NCBI GenBank assembly: GCA_051745385.1
Contig: JBNJDZ010000007.1
Span: 3,235 to 67,234 of the forward strand
From: Pseudomonadota bacterium
Lineage (GTDB): Bacteria > Pseudomonadota > Gammaproteobacteria > Enterobacterales > Alteromonadaceae
Length of the DNA: 64,000 nt
Reading direction: 5' to 3'
Numbering within the stretch: the first letter of the stretch is position 1; each line of letters opens with the position of its first letter. Under the pieces are notes generated by a model. The model worked only from the letters and a program-made list of their open reading frames with translations, was not told the DNA's origin and ran no database searches. The translations under genes were made by a program, and so were the position numbers. Below are positions 21,532 through 30,103 of the stretch, in pieces.

Positions 21532-22752
21532 ATGCAAGAAACATTGATTCTGCGTTTGCCAGCTTACGGTACGAATGAACCCATACCCTGGTTGGTTTGG
21601 CATAAAAGTCAGCAGGAGTTAATTGCCAGCGGTAACCTGAACTCAGTCGATGAGCTTTCTCAGCTCAAAGACAAGGCAGGCCGCTGCGAGGTTATTGTTG
21701 CCTTGCCGGGGCAAGACGTCTTTATGACAAAGGTAACATTACCTGCAGGTACTAAGAGGCACCTTCAGCGCATTATTCCTTATGCACTTGAAGAAGAGCT
21801 GGCAAGTGATATAGAGCAGTTACATTTTGCCTGGCCGGACGTAAAAGGAACGGAATTACCTGTCGCTGTGGTCGCAAAAGAGCGAATGAATGAATGGTTA
21901 GAACAGCTTTCAGAGGCCGGTATTGATGCTCCCTACTGGGTACCCGATTGCTTTTTGCTTCCGTATCAGGAAGGTGTGTGGCAGGCAATAGAGCTTGGTG
22001 ACAGCGTTATTGTAAGAACGGGAGCCTGGGCAGGCTTCACCGTTGAAAAGAGTCAGTTTGCAGAGTTAGCGCCTGCTCTTGCTTCAGAACAGGAAAACCC
22101 GACAGAAATTGTTCACTATGGAGAGTTAAACTGGCCTCAGTCTCCGGCGCCTTTAACCGCTGCTGATATCGAAGTACCTTTTACTATTGCAGTACAAAGC
22201 ATTAAAACGGGTAACAACCTTAACTTAAGGCAGGGTAATTATCGCTCACAGAGGACGAAACGCTCGGTAGAGCTTCCATGGCGGGCTTTTGCCACAGCCG
22301 CGAGTGTGCTTTTTGTGTTGGCTGTCGTATTAAACGGTGTGCGTTACTGGCAGTTAAATTCACAAAGCGAAACATTGAAAGCTCAGGCTGAACAGCTTTA
22401 TCGGGACGCTTTCCCGGGTAATACCCGAATTGTAAATTTAAAAGTTCAACTGCAACGGCAGTTAGACGGGCTGGGACTTGGTAATTCAGACCAGGTTTCA
22501 GTGCTTGCTGTTCTGCAGCAGTTAGAGCCTGCATTTAAGTCTCAGCCAGACTTGCAACTTGAGTTGTTGCGGTTCCAGAATAATGAATTACGTTTGCAGG
22601 CAACGGCTAAAAGCTTTTCTCAGTTCGAGTCTTTTCAACAGGCCGCAGAGGCAGAAGGTTTGAATATTGAAACCGGTTCAATGAGTAACCGCGGAGAAAC
22701 AGTATCGGGCGCATTGACCGTGCAAGTTGAAAGTGGAGGGGCTCAGTCATGA
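21532..22752 (+). CDS. gspL: Type II secretion protein GspL
   Basis: Has a cytoplasmic actin-like domain, a single TM segment (FATAASVLFVLAVVLNGV) and a periplasmic domain. Position is as expected in the cluster. Confidence 0.85.
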   Translation: MQETLILRLPAYGTNEPIPWLVWHKSQQELIASGNLNSVDELSQLKDKAGRCEVIVALPGQDVFMTKVTLPAGTKRHLQRIIPYALEEELASDIEQLHFAWPDVKGTELPVAVVAKERMNEWLEQLSEAGIDAPYWVPDCFLLPYQEGVWQAIELGDSVIVRTGAWAGFTVEKSQFAELAPALASEQENPTEIVHYGELNWPQSPAPLTAADIEVPFTIAVQSIKTGNNLNLRQGNYRSQRTKRSVELPWRAFATAASVLFVLAVVLNGVRYWQLNSQSETLKAQAEQLYRDAFPGNTRIVNLKVQLQRQLDGLGLGNSDQVSVLAVLQQLEPAFKSQPDLQLELLRFQNNELRLQATAKSFSQFESFQQAAEAEGLNIETGSMSNRGETVSGALTVQVESGGAQS

Positions 22753-23267
22753 ACGGAGTCAAACGCTATTTAAAGCCTTATCTGGATTTGGGAGCTCAAC
22801 GCTGGCGCCAGTTTAATCAGCGCGAGAAGATGTTGCTGTCTGTATTGGGCGGCGTGCTTTTTATTGCTTTACTGTATTTCGCAGTTTGGCAACCCAGTGC
22901 TCAGGCAGTTGCTAATGCCGAGCGCAAGTTAGGGGCTCAACAGCAGCAGTACCAATGGGTACAGCAAGCCATAGCTCGTTATAAAGAATTAGAGGGAAAA
23001 AGCGGGCAGCAGGAGAGTGCATCAGGTTCGGTGAGTCAACGCATTAACCAAGCTGCTGCGGCACAAGATATCCAAATAGCGCGCCTACAGCCGCAGGGGC
23101 AGGAGTATTTGTTGACCGTGGATGAAGTGTCTTTCTCTGACCTGGTAAGCTTTCTGGCTGAATTAGAGCAGCGCCAGCAGTTAGTATTGACCTCGATTGA
23201 TATTGCGAAATTGAATGCGCCCGGACAAGTTCGGCTCCGTAAGTTGTTAGTAAGAGAGGCTTCATGA
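22749..23267 (+). CDS. gspM: Type II secretion protein GspM
   Basis: A 172-aa bitopic protein with an N-terminal TM segment. It overlaps gspL by 4 nt and holds the canonical position. Confidence 0.82.
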   Translation: MNGVKRYLKPYLDLGAQRWRQFNQREKMLLSVLGGVLFIALLYFAVWQPSAQAVANAERKLGAQQQQYQWVQQAIARYKELEGKSGQQESASGSVSQRINQAAAAQDIQIARLQPQGQEYLLTVDEVSFSDLVSFLAELEQRQQLVLTSIDIAKLNAPGQVRLRKLLVREAS

Positions 23268-24010
23268 ATTTAAAGCGCTGGATACCCTGGTTAGTTGTCG
23301 TGTATCTGGTGGCCATGCTGGTTATGTTACCGGCGCGAGTGGTTTACTGGTTCCCGCTGCCGGATAACGTCCGGATATCTCAAGTGAGTGGTAGTTTATG
23401 GCAGGGAACTGCCGGGCAGGTGTCTGTTGATGACATAGTGCTGAGTAATCTGGCGTGGGACTGGCAGGTCTCGTCTGTGTTGCTGGGTGAGTTTGTGGTT
23501 GATGTCGACCTGTCTCAGAACAACAACCCCTTTTCGCTAAATGGCCAACTGCTGGCGGGTTCAACAAAGGTGGGAGCGAAAAATGTAACCGCCAGTGGTG
23601 ATGTGAACGCGCTATTACAGCTAGTTGGTACTCGCTTACCGCTAAAAACGGGTGGTAACTGGCGCTTGTCGTTGGACAGCTTTGTAGTCACAGCTCCCGG
23701 ACCTGTGCGTTGGTGTGACGAGCTGCAGGGGCAGGCACGAGGAGAACAAATACGAGTGTTGGTCAATAACCAATGGCAGTCTCTGGGTGACTTTCCTGTT
23801 GAGTTAGGCTGTAGTGATAATAACGCCGTTACACTTGCTATGGATGGAGATAATAGTCTGGGGCTGAATGTTAAAGGCAGTATTAATAGTCAAAATTTTA
23901 ATGCTCAGGGAACGGTTAAACCGACATCAAGAACACCGGAAGGTTTAGCTAAAATGATGGAGTATATGGGAAAACCTGACTCTCAAGGACGTTACTCATT
24001 CCGGTTGTGA
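23264..24010 (+). CDS. gspN: Type II secretion protein GspN
   Basis: A 248-aa protein with an N-terminal TM anchor. It is the last gene of the gsp cluster and overlaps gspM by 4 nt. Confidence 0.75.
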   Translation: MNLKRWIPWLVVVYLVAMLVMLPARVVYWFPLPDNVRISQVSGSLWQGTAGQVSVDDIVLSNLAWDWQVSSVLLGEFVVDVDLSQNNNPFSLNGQLLAGSTKVGAKNVTASGDVNALLQLVGTRLPLKTGGNWRLSLDSFVVTAPGPVRWCDELQGQARGEQIRVLVNNQWQSLGDFPVELGCSDNNAVTLAMDGDNSLGLNVKGSINSQNFNAQGTVKPTSRTPEGLAKMMEYMGKPDSQGRYSFRL

Positions 24011-24087
24011 TCTGACTTGCAGGTCAGTCCGTTTATAATTACTGTAATTAATTACTCGTTTAAGCCTCTGCGTAATAAGGAATTTGT

Positions 24088-24906
24088 ATGGATAACATCG
24101 TTCAGTGGATTAATGATAACCAGGATATGCTGATCGGTTTCTCGATTAAATTTATCATCGCTATTGCGATACTCATCATTGGTAAAATGGTTGCGAATGG
24201 CGTTACCGGCGTGATGACCAAAAACATGCGTAAACGCGATGTGGACGGCGCGGTCATCAGCTTTGTTGGTGCTATTCTAAAAACGGTTATTTTTATTGCC
24301 GCTATTATGATGTCGTTGTCGCACGTTGGTGTCGAAACTACGTCGTTTATTGCCATATTAGGTGCTGCCGGTTTGGCAATTGGTCTGGCACTGCAGGGGT
24401 CGTTGTCTAATATCGCGTCGGGCGTTCTACTTATTATGTTCCGCCCTATTCGTGCCGGTGAATACGTAGACGCGGGTGGTGTTTCAGGAACGGTTGAACA
24501 AATTAATATTTTTCAGACGATAATGAAAACACCGGATCGCAAGGTGGTTTTTGTGCCTAACTCTGAAATTATTGGCGGCCCAATCGTCAACTATAACCGC
24601 GAAGAGTTGCGCCGTATCGATTTAGTGATTGGAGTTAGCTACAGTGCGAACTTACAGCAAACTAAGAAAGCATTGATGGATGTGATTACTAGCGATGAGC
24701 GTGTACTGAAAGATCCAGAGCCTGTGGTTACGGTTACCAACCTTGGTGATTCGTCAGTCGACTTTAACGTGCGTCCATGGACAAAAAATGAAGATTACTG
24801 GCCGACCCGCTGGGATCTGTTAGAACGCATTAAAGATCGTCTGGATGAAGAAGGTATTGGTATTCCCTTTCCGCAAATGGACGTTCACCTGAAAAAAGAC
24901 GACTAA
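24088..24906 (+). CDS. Small-conductance mechanosensitive channel, MscS family
   Basis: Three N-terminal TM helices are followed by the pore helix AAGLAIGLALQGSLSNIASGVLL and the MscS beta-domain (GTVEQINIFQT). The length is 272 aa. Confidence 0.9.
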   Translation: MDNIVQWINDNQDMLIGFSIKFIIAIAILIIGKMVANGVTGVMTKNMRKRDVDGAVISFVGAILKTVIFIAAIMMSLSHVGVETTSFIAILGAAGLAIGLALQGSLSNIASGVLLIMFRPIRAGEYVDAGGVSGTVEQINIFQTIMKTPDRKVVFVPNSEIIGGPIVNYNREELRRIDLVIGVSYSANLQQTKKALMDVITSDERVLKDPEPVVTVTNLGDSSVDFNVRPWTKNEDYWPTRWDLLERIKDRLDEEGIGIPFPQMDVHLKKDD

Positions 24907-24920
24907 CTTGCTTTAGTTTG

Positions 24921-24949
24921 AAAAGGCCACTTTGAGAGTGGCCTTTTTT
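24921..24949. terminator. Bidirectional Rho-independent terminator between mscS-family gene and metY
   Basis: Sequence AAAA-GGCCACT-ttgag-AGTGGCC-TTTTTT, located between convergent genes. Confidence 0.8.
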
Positions 24950-24959
24950 GTGTGGAAAA

Positions 24960-26228
24960 CTAACTCAAGGCTTGTGAGATATCAGCAATAATATCTTCTA
25001 CATTTTCAATACCCACGCATAAGCGTATGGCTTCAGGTTTCACACCAACCGAGGCTTGTTCTTCTGTTGATAGCTGGCGGTGCGTTGTTGAAGCAGGGTG
25101 GCAGGCCAGTGACTTGGCGTCACCGATATTCACCAGACGCTTAAACAGTTTCAGCTTGTCATAAAAGGTCACGCCGGCGTCGTAGCCGCCTTTTACCCCA
25201 AAGGTTAACAGCGAAGCCGGCACCGCATTCTTAATGTATTTCTTTGCAAGTTCATGATGTGCATGTTCCGGTAAAGCGGCGAAGTTAACCCACTCTACCT
25301 GAGGGTGTGCTTTCAAGTATTCAGCGACTTTTAGCGCGTTTTCACAATGGCGCTCAATGCGTAAAGCCAGAGTTTCTAAACCCTGCAATAGTAGGAAGGC
25401 GTTAAACGGTGACAAGCAGGCTCCGGTATTACGCAGAGCAACCGTACGAACTCGGGCAATAAACGCGGCGGGGCCAAAAGCCTCGGTATAAACCACGCCA
25501 TGATAGGCAGGCTCGGGCGAACTAAACTGAGGGAAACGCTGTTTTTCCTGAGCCCAGTCAAAACGACCACTATCGACAATTAAGCCGCCAACCGAATTCC
25601 CGTGGCCACCAATGTATTTAGTGAGCGAGTGCACAACAATATCGGCACCGAAATCAATAGGCTTGCAGAGTATGGGGGTCGCGACGGTATTATCAACGAC
25701 CAAAGGTACCCCGTGTTTATGTGCAACCTGAGCATACCCTTCTAAATCGGCGATGTTACCGGCAGGGTTGCCGATACTCTCGCAGTAAACCGCTTTGGTT
25801 TTATTATCAATAAGCTTCGCGAGGTCTTCGGGTTTGTCGGAGTCGGCGAAACGCACTTCGATACCAAATGACGGCAACATATGACGGAACAGCGTATAAG
25901 TTCCGCCATAAAGCTGTGGTGTAGTGACAATATTATCGCTCTGGCTGGCCAGGGTAATCAGTGCGTATTCAATAGCGGCCATGCCTGACCCCACGGAAAG
26001 TGCTGCAACACCGTGTTCCAGTTCTGCCACGCGCTTTTCCAGAACATCGTTGGTCGGGTTCATAATGCGCGAGTAGATATTTCCCTCAACGGCTAGATCA
26101 AACAGGTCGGCGCCGTGCTGAGCGTTATCAAACTCATATGACACGGTTTGGTAAATGGGTGTAGCAACCGACTTGGTTGTCGGGTCGGTTTCATAGCCGT
26201 GATGTATGGCCAGTGTTTCGTCTTTCAT
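24960..26228 (-). CDS. metY: O-acylhomoserine sulfhydrylase (PLP-dependent, MetY/MetZ class)
   Basis: Belongs to the Cys/Met-metabolism PLP family, with the PLP lysine motif SLTKYIGGHGNSVGG. The length is 422 aa. It is translationally coupled (ATGA) to the upstream metX. Confidence 0.9.
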   Translation of the reverse strand: MKDETLAIHHGYETDPTTKSVATPIYQTVSYEFDNAQHGADLFDLAVEGNIYSRIMNPTNDVLEKRVAELEHGVAALSVGSGMAAIEYALITLASQSDNIVTTPQLYGGTYTLFRHMLPSFGIEVRFADSDKPEDLAKLIDNKTKAVYCESIGNPAGNIADLEGYAQVAHKHGVPLVVDNTVATPILCKPIDFGADIVVHSLTKYIGGHGNSVGGLIVDSGRFDWAQEKQRFPQFSSPEPAYHGVVYTEAFGPAAFIARVRTVALRNTGACLSPFNAFLLLQGLETLALRIERHCENALKVAEYLKAHPQVEWVNFAALPEHAHHELAKKYIKNAVPASLLTFGVKGGYDAGVTFYDKLKLFKRLVNIGDAKSLACHPASTTHRQLSTEEQASVGVKPEAIRLCVGIENVEDIIADISQALS

Positions 26229-27133
26229 GCGGACTCCAGTTGAGATTCAGTTAAAAAATGCGTTAAAGCCGATTGGTATTGTTCGACATTTTTAATAAAG
26301 CCATCGTGACCAAAAGGTGTTTCAATGGTGACTCGACCCATGTGATTAGGGAGTAATTGCTCCAGCTCAGTGACCAAACTCGGAGGCGCAATAGCGTCAT
26401 TATGAAAGTCGATGAGTTGCACCTTGGCCTGAATCTTGGTTGGATCAATGCTGTAGTCATTCAATATTGGCGTCAGATGTGTGAACAGGCTACGACAGCC
26501 GTTACCGTTTTGTTTTAACAGCTTTTCTCCGTGGTACAGGAGATACTCAAACGCATCGTCGGCGTGATTAAACCGTTGCTCGAACTCTTCAGCGGTGCGG
26601 TAACTCAGCATGGCCAGAGCCCGGGCGAGAATAATTCCGGACTGGTCATCACCGCAGCGCTGAATTAGAGCTTGTTGAAAATAGCGCAACAGAGCCGAGT
26701 GAACAGAAGGCTTGTGCGCAGCACCAATAGCCGTCAGATGAGTGAGTTCGGTTGGGTGGTCAGCTGCAAACTGAAGCCCCAAAACACCACCAAAGGATCC
26801 GCCAACCCAGGCCTGGAGCTCATTGGTTTCATGTTGCAGTGCCTGACGTATGGCCTCGCTGTGCTGTTGAACCGTTAAAGGAATAGCAGGGCAGTCAGAA
26901 CCTCCCAGCCCGCCAAAGTAATCAAAGCTAACGACTTGTACATTATCGAGATCAGAAAATACCGGGTGAAGTGACTGCCACCAACCGCTTTTATCAGGCT
27001 TCCATAGTCTACCGCTGGCGCTGATACCGCCTTGAACCACAATGGCAGGCGCGTCGGCATTACCATAACGGTAGCCTTTGATGCGTCCGAAGGCGGTATC
27101 TGTATAAAAACTGCGGGCAACTGGCTGAACCAT
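26225..27133 (-). CDS. metX: Homoserine O-acyltransferase, MetX family, short form (302 aa)
   Basis: Alpha/beta-hydrolase with nucleophile motif GGSFGG plus distal Asp and His ([15 protein letters not shown]). The start was trimmed from the 396-aa ORF to the ATG at 27133, because the upstream extension has no MetX-like sequence and would run through the promoter/operator. Confidence 0.78.
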   Translation of the reverse strand: MVQPVARSFYTDTAFGRIKGYRYGNADAPAIVVQGGISASGRLWKPDKSGWWQSLHPVFSDLDNVQVVSFDYFGGLGGSDCPAIPLTVQQHSEAIRQALQHETNELQAWVGGSFGGVLGLQFAADHPTELTHLTAIGAAHKPSVHSALLRYFQQALIQRCGDDQSGIILARALAMLSYRTAEEFEQRFNHADDAFEYLLYHGEKLLKQNGNGCRSLFTHLTPILNDYSIDPTKIQAKVQLIDFHNDAIAPPSLVTELEQLLPNHMGRVTIETPFGHDGFIKNVEQYQSALTHFLTESQLESA

Positions 27134-27164
27134 AGCTAACCTCACGTTGGTGAACCATCCACTG

Positions 27165-27193
27165 ACTGTAATAAATGGATATAAAGCCGTCAA
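27165..27193 (-). promoter_or_regulatory. Putative sigma70 promoter of metX-metY (TTGACG-17 bp-TACAGT on minus strand)
   Basis: On the minus strand the -35 TTGACG is at 27193-27188 and the -10 TACAGT at 27170-27165, with a 17-bp spacer, about 30 nt upstream of the metX ATG. Confidence 0.5.
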
Positions 27194-27216
27194 GACATTT
27201 AGACGTCTAAATGTGA
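27185..27216. promoter_or_regulatory. MetJ operator: four tandem 8-bp met boxes
   Basis: Read on the minus strand the boxes are TCACATTT-AGACGTCT-AAATGTCT-TGACGGCT. They match the met-box consensus AGACGTCT at 4/8, 8/8, 6/8 and 6/8. The core is a perfect 20-bp palindrome, ACATTTAGACGTCTAAATGT (27195-27214). The last box overlaps the -35. Confidence 0.65.
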
Positions 27217-27281
27217 GTGTGCTTATTTTGATATCAGTTGAGTGTGGTATGATTTCGCTATTAACTTTAAAGAAAAGAGTG

Positions 27282-28598
27282 ATGTCCATGGTGTATTCGG
27301 TCAGCCAGTTAAACATTGAGATCCGGCAACTGCTAGAGCAGGGGTTTGGGCAAATTAGTCTGGTTGGAGAAATTTCAAATTTTGCGGCGCCGGGCTCCGG
27401 ACATTGGTACTTCACTTTGAAAGATGAGCGGGCTCAGGTTCGTTGCGCTATGTTCCGCAATGCTAATCAGCGTGCGAAAGTTCGGCCGCAGAATGGCATG
27501 CAGGTACTGGTGCGGGCTAAGGTCACGGTTTATGAACCGCGCGGCGACTATCAGCTGATTATTGAACAGGTGGAAGATGCCGGGCAGGGGCTATTACAGC
27601 AACGCTATGAGCAATTAAAGGAAAAACTCTCGGCTGAAGGGCTGTTTGCGACTGAACGCAAGCGGCCACTGCCTGAGCACATTCATAAAGTTGGTGTGCT
27701 GACTTCGCCCACTGGCGCTGCAATAAAAGACATATTAGCTGTCATGAAGCGCCGCGACCCTAGCGTGGAAGTGATTATTTACCCTAGTGCAGTCCAGGGT
27801 GAAGCTGCGGTACCGCAGTTGCAGTCCATGCTGAAAATGGCTTGTGAACGTAATGAAGTGGATGTGCTTTTAGTCAGCCGTGGTGGCGGTTCACTGGAAG
27901 ATTTATGGTGCTTTAATGATGAGACTTTTGCGCGTCTTTTAACAACCGCACCCATGCCGACCATTAGTGCGGTAGGTCATGAGATTGACTTCACCATCTC
28001 TGATTTTGTTGCGGACGTCAGAGCCCCGACGCCGTCGGCGGCTGCAGAGTTGGTAACCCGGGACCAGCAGCAACAGCGGCAAAAAGCTCAGGCTCTTCAG
28101 CAACGCTTAGCCCTGGCGCAGCAGAGATTATTACAGCGTTTAAAGCAGCGCTGGCAGTTTTTACAGACCCGTCTTCAGCAGCAACACCCGCAACGTCAGT
28201 TACAGCAGCAGTCACAACTGGCTGATGAACTGCAAGCTCGCGCCTACCGTGCGTTGCAGAATCGGTTAGCACGTCAGCAACAGCGGGTTTCCTACTTGCA
28301 GGGCCGTCTACAGGCGGTTCACCCGCAAAAGGAGCTACAGCGTTTACACGAAAAGTTGAGTAATCAGCAACAACGCCTGCCATTAGTCATGCAACGTCTT
28401 TTAAAAGAGAACAGAGCTCGGCAGCAGCAGTTAATGCAGTCATTAAATCTTGTTAGCCCGCTAAATACATTGGAACGCGGCTACGCAATTGTCCGCACCG
28501 AAAGCGGTGAAGTTGTTCGCAGCGAAAAGCAGGTGGACGTTGGCAGTACCATAGAGGTCAGGCTGGCAGACGGGAGTATTACCGCTAAACGGCAATGA
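27282..28598 (+). CDS. xseA: Exodeoxyribonuclease VII large subunit
   Basis: Has an OB-fold N-terminus ([29 protein letters not shown]...GHWYFTLKD), a catalytic core and a Q-rich coiled-coil C-terminus. The start was trimmed to the ATG at 27282 (or 27288). Confidence 0.9.
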   Translation: MSMVYSVSQLNIEIRQLLEQGFGQISLVGEISNFAAPGSGHWYFTLKDERAQVRCAMFRNANQRAKVRPQNGMQVLVRAKVTVYEPRGDYQLIIEQVEDAGQGLLQQRYEQLKEKLSAEGLFATERKRPLPEHIHKVGVLTSPTGAAIKDILAVMKRRDPSVEVIIYPSAVQGEAAVPQLQSMLKMACERNEVDVLLVSRGGGSLEDLWCFNDETFARLLTTAPMPTISAVGHEIDFTISDFVADVRAPTPSAAAELVTRDQQQQRQKAQALQQRLALAQQRLLQRLKQRWQFLQTRLQQQHPQRQLQQQSQLADELQARAYRALQNRLARQQQRVSYLQGRLQAVHPQKELQRLHEKLSNQQQRLPLVMQRLLKENRARQQQLMQSLNLVSPLNTLERGYAIVRTESGEVVRSEKQVDVGSTIEVRLADGSITAKRQ

Positions 28599-28609
28599 TC
28601 CTGAGTTTA

Positions 28610-28644
28610 TTGTCATATTCCTGACATCTTGGCTTTGTTATACT
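28610..28644 (+). promoter_or_regulatory. Pho box plus -10 element upstream of phoA
   Basis: TTGTCAT-ATTC-CTGACAT (28610-28627) matches 14/18 positions of the PhoB box consensus CTGTCATAWAWCTGTCAY. A -10 TATACT (28639-28644) lies 11 bp downstream. Confidence 0.55.
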
Positions 28645-28673
28645 TCGTAAGTTATTCAAAAAGGAGTCGTGGT

Positions 28674-29981
28674 ATGAAACTCAAAGCATTAGTGGCTGGT
28701 ATTGGACTGGCTTTCGCATCCTCTATGGTGCATGCAGAAGAACAGAAGCCAAATATTATCTATATTATCGGTGACGGTATGGGGTTTGAATTTATTACGG
28801 CCTACCGTTATGCCATGTCTGACTTAGACAGCAAAACTATCGCTAAAACCGAGTTTGATGCCATGCTGAAAGGTGCGGCAACAACTTATCCAGAAGATGA
28901 TACCTGGGTTACCGATTCAGCTGCCAGCGCAACGGCTCTTGCGACAGGAGTTAAAAGTTACAACGGTGCTATTGGTGTCGACGCTGACAAATATCCTTTG
29001 CAGACAATTATGGAACTGGCACGTGAGAACGGCTGGTCAACGGGTTCAGTATCGACTTCCCAAGTGAACCACGCGACACCGGCCTCATTCTTTACTCACC
29101 ACCCATCGCGCTATGAGTACAACCAAATAGCGGATAAAATCGCGACTCAGGTTGTTGAAGGTGAAGCCTCTTTTGATGTCATGTTAGGAGGCGGACAAAG
29201 CTATTTCGATCGCGACGATAAGAATTGGCTGGATGTTTTGCCGGAACATGGAATGCAAATTGTGACCGACATGGAGCAGTTGGAATCCGTCGATACGGCA
29301 CCAGTGATGGGGCTTTTTGCTGAGAAAGGCCTGCCTTATGCCATTGATGGTGATGTTGATGCTCTGGCAAATATGACACGCACGGCTTTACGCTTGTTGG
29401 ATAAAAAGCAGCAACCTTTTGCGTTAATGATTGAAGGCAGTGAAATTGACTGGTGTGGTCACGCCAATGATATTGCTTGTGCTGTGCACGAAATGGACGG
29501 CCTGAACCGGGCACTGCAAGTGGTTCGTGAGTACCGCGAGAATAATCCGAATACTTTGATTGTTATGACGGCAGACCACTCGACTGGCGGACTGACTATT
29601 GGACGTGATGGTGAGTATGCCTGGCATTCTGACCGCGTTATGAAAATTGAAAGCTCAATTGCGCATATGAGTAAAGAGATGCTTAGCATGGACTCTGATA
29701 AGTGGCCGGAGTACGTTGCGGACAAAGTTAACTTTGAACTCACTCAGGACTATATCGATGAACTTGCTATTGCCGCTGAAGAAGAAGGCGAAGCGCGGGA
29801 AGACAGCTTACACCAGGCGTTGGTTTATATAACGGGCGATATTACCGGTACCGGCTGGACGACCAGCGGACATACGGGTGTTGATGTTCCCATATTCGCA
29901 ACGGGTCCTTACAGTGAAAACTTCGGTGGTTATATGGATAACACCGATATTGGTAAACAGTTAATTAAAGTCGTCAAATAA
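28674..29981 (+). CDS. phoA: Alkaline phosphatase, PhoA family (435 aa)
   Basis: Has a signal peptide (MKLKALVAGIGLAFASSMVHA), the active-site serine motif TDSAASATALATG and the metal-ligand region MTADHSTGG. The start was trimmed to the ATG at 28674, after AAGGAG. Confidence 0.9.
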   Translation: MKLKALVAGIGLAFASSMVHAEEQKPNIIYIIGDGMGFEFITAYRYAMSDLDSKTIAKTEFDAMLKGAATTYPEDDTWVTDSAASATALATGVKSYNGAIGVDADKYPLQTIMELARENGWSTGSVSTSQVNHATPASFFTHHPSRYEYNQIADKIATQVVEGEASFDVMLGGGQSYFDRDDKNWLDVLPEHGMQIVTDMEQLESVDTAPVMGLFAEKGLPYAIDGDVDALANMTRTALRLLDKKQQPFALMIEGSEIDWCGHANDIACAVHEMDGLNRALQVVREYRENNPNTLIVMTADHSTGGLTIGRDGEYAWHSDRVMKIESSIAHMSKEMLSMDSDKWPEYVADKVNFELTQDYIDELAIAAEEEGEAREDSLHQALVYITGDITGTGWTTSGHTGVDVPIFATGPYSENFGGYMDNTDIGKQLIKVVK

Positions 29982-30003
29982 ACCTCGCTTTAAAAGCTTG
30001 TCC

Positions 30004-30028
30004 ACAGTCGCGCTTATTGCGCGACTGT
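30004..30028 (+). terminator. Stem-loop downstream of phoA (possible weak terminator)
   Basis: A 10-bp perfect stem ACAGTCGCGC-ttatt-GCGCGACTGT with no following T-tract. Its 3' arm overlaps the first Pho-box repeat of ppk. Confidence 0.4.
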
Positions 30029-30059
30029 CACATCTCTGTCATATAAATAGAACTTGAAT
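30025..30059 (+). promoter_or_regulatory. Pho box plus candidate -10 upstream of ppk-ppx
   Basis: CTGTCAC-ATCT-CTGTCAT (30025-30042) matches 16/18 positions of the Pho-box consensus. A candidate -10 TTGAAT (30054-30059) lies 11 bp downstream. The ppk ATG is at 30104. Confidence 0.5.
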
Positions 30060-30103
30060 GCGCTAGGCTAGTGCCATGATGTACCTGCTGCCGTTTCTAA
30101 TCT

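Noticed and set aside
21714-21721. Additional perfect AGACGTCT met-box octamers inside gspL (21714-21721) and at the ppk/ppx overlap (32182-32189).
   Set aside because: They are intragenic, with no adjacent in-register boxes and no link to methionine metabolism. They show that single octamers occur by chance in this genome, which is why the msrA site gets only modest weight.
26225-27415. N-terminal extensions given by the ORF track. Examples are metX 396 aa, zapE 433 aa (to 54561), xseA from 27147, gspD from 13649, ppx from 32046, acs from 35522, ispG from 5549, rodZ from 4405, msrA to 2190 and ndk from 2287.
   Set aside because: The extensions have no similarity to the respective families. 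They overlap neighbouring genes or promoters. Internal ATG/GTG codons with good Shine-Dalgarno spacing reproduce canonical protein lengths. Those starts are reported instead.
28018-28383. The Q/R-rich low-complexity stretch in XseA ([15 protein letters not shown]...) and its 121-aa antisense ORF.
   Set aside because: E. coli XseA has a comparable Q-rich coiled-coil C-terminal region, so this is normal for the family. The antisense ORF is a by-product of CAG/CTG-rich sequence.
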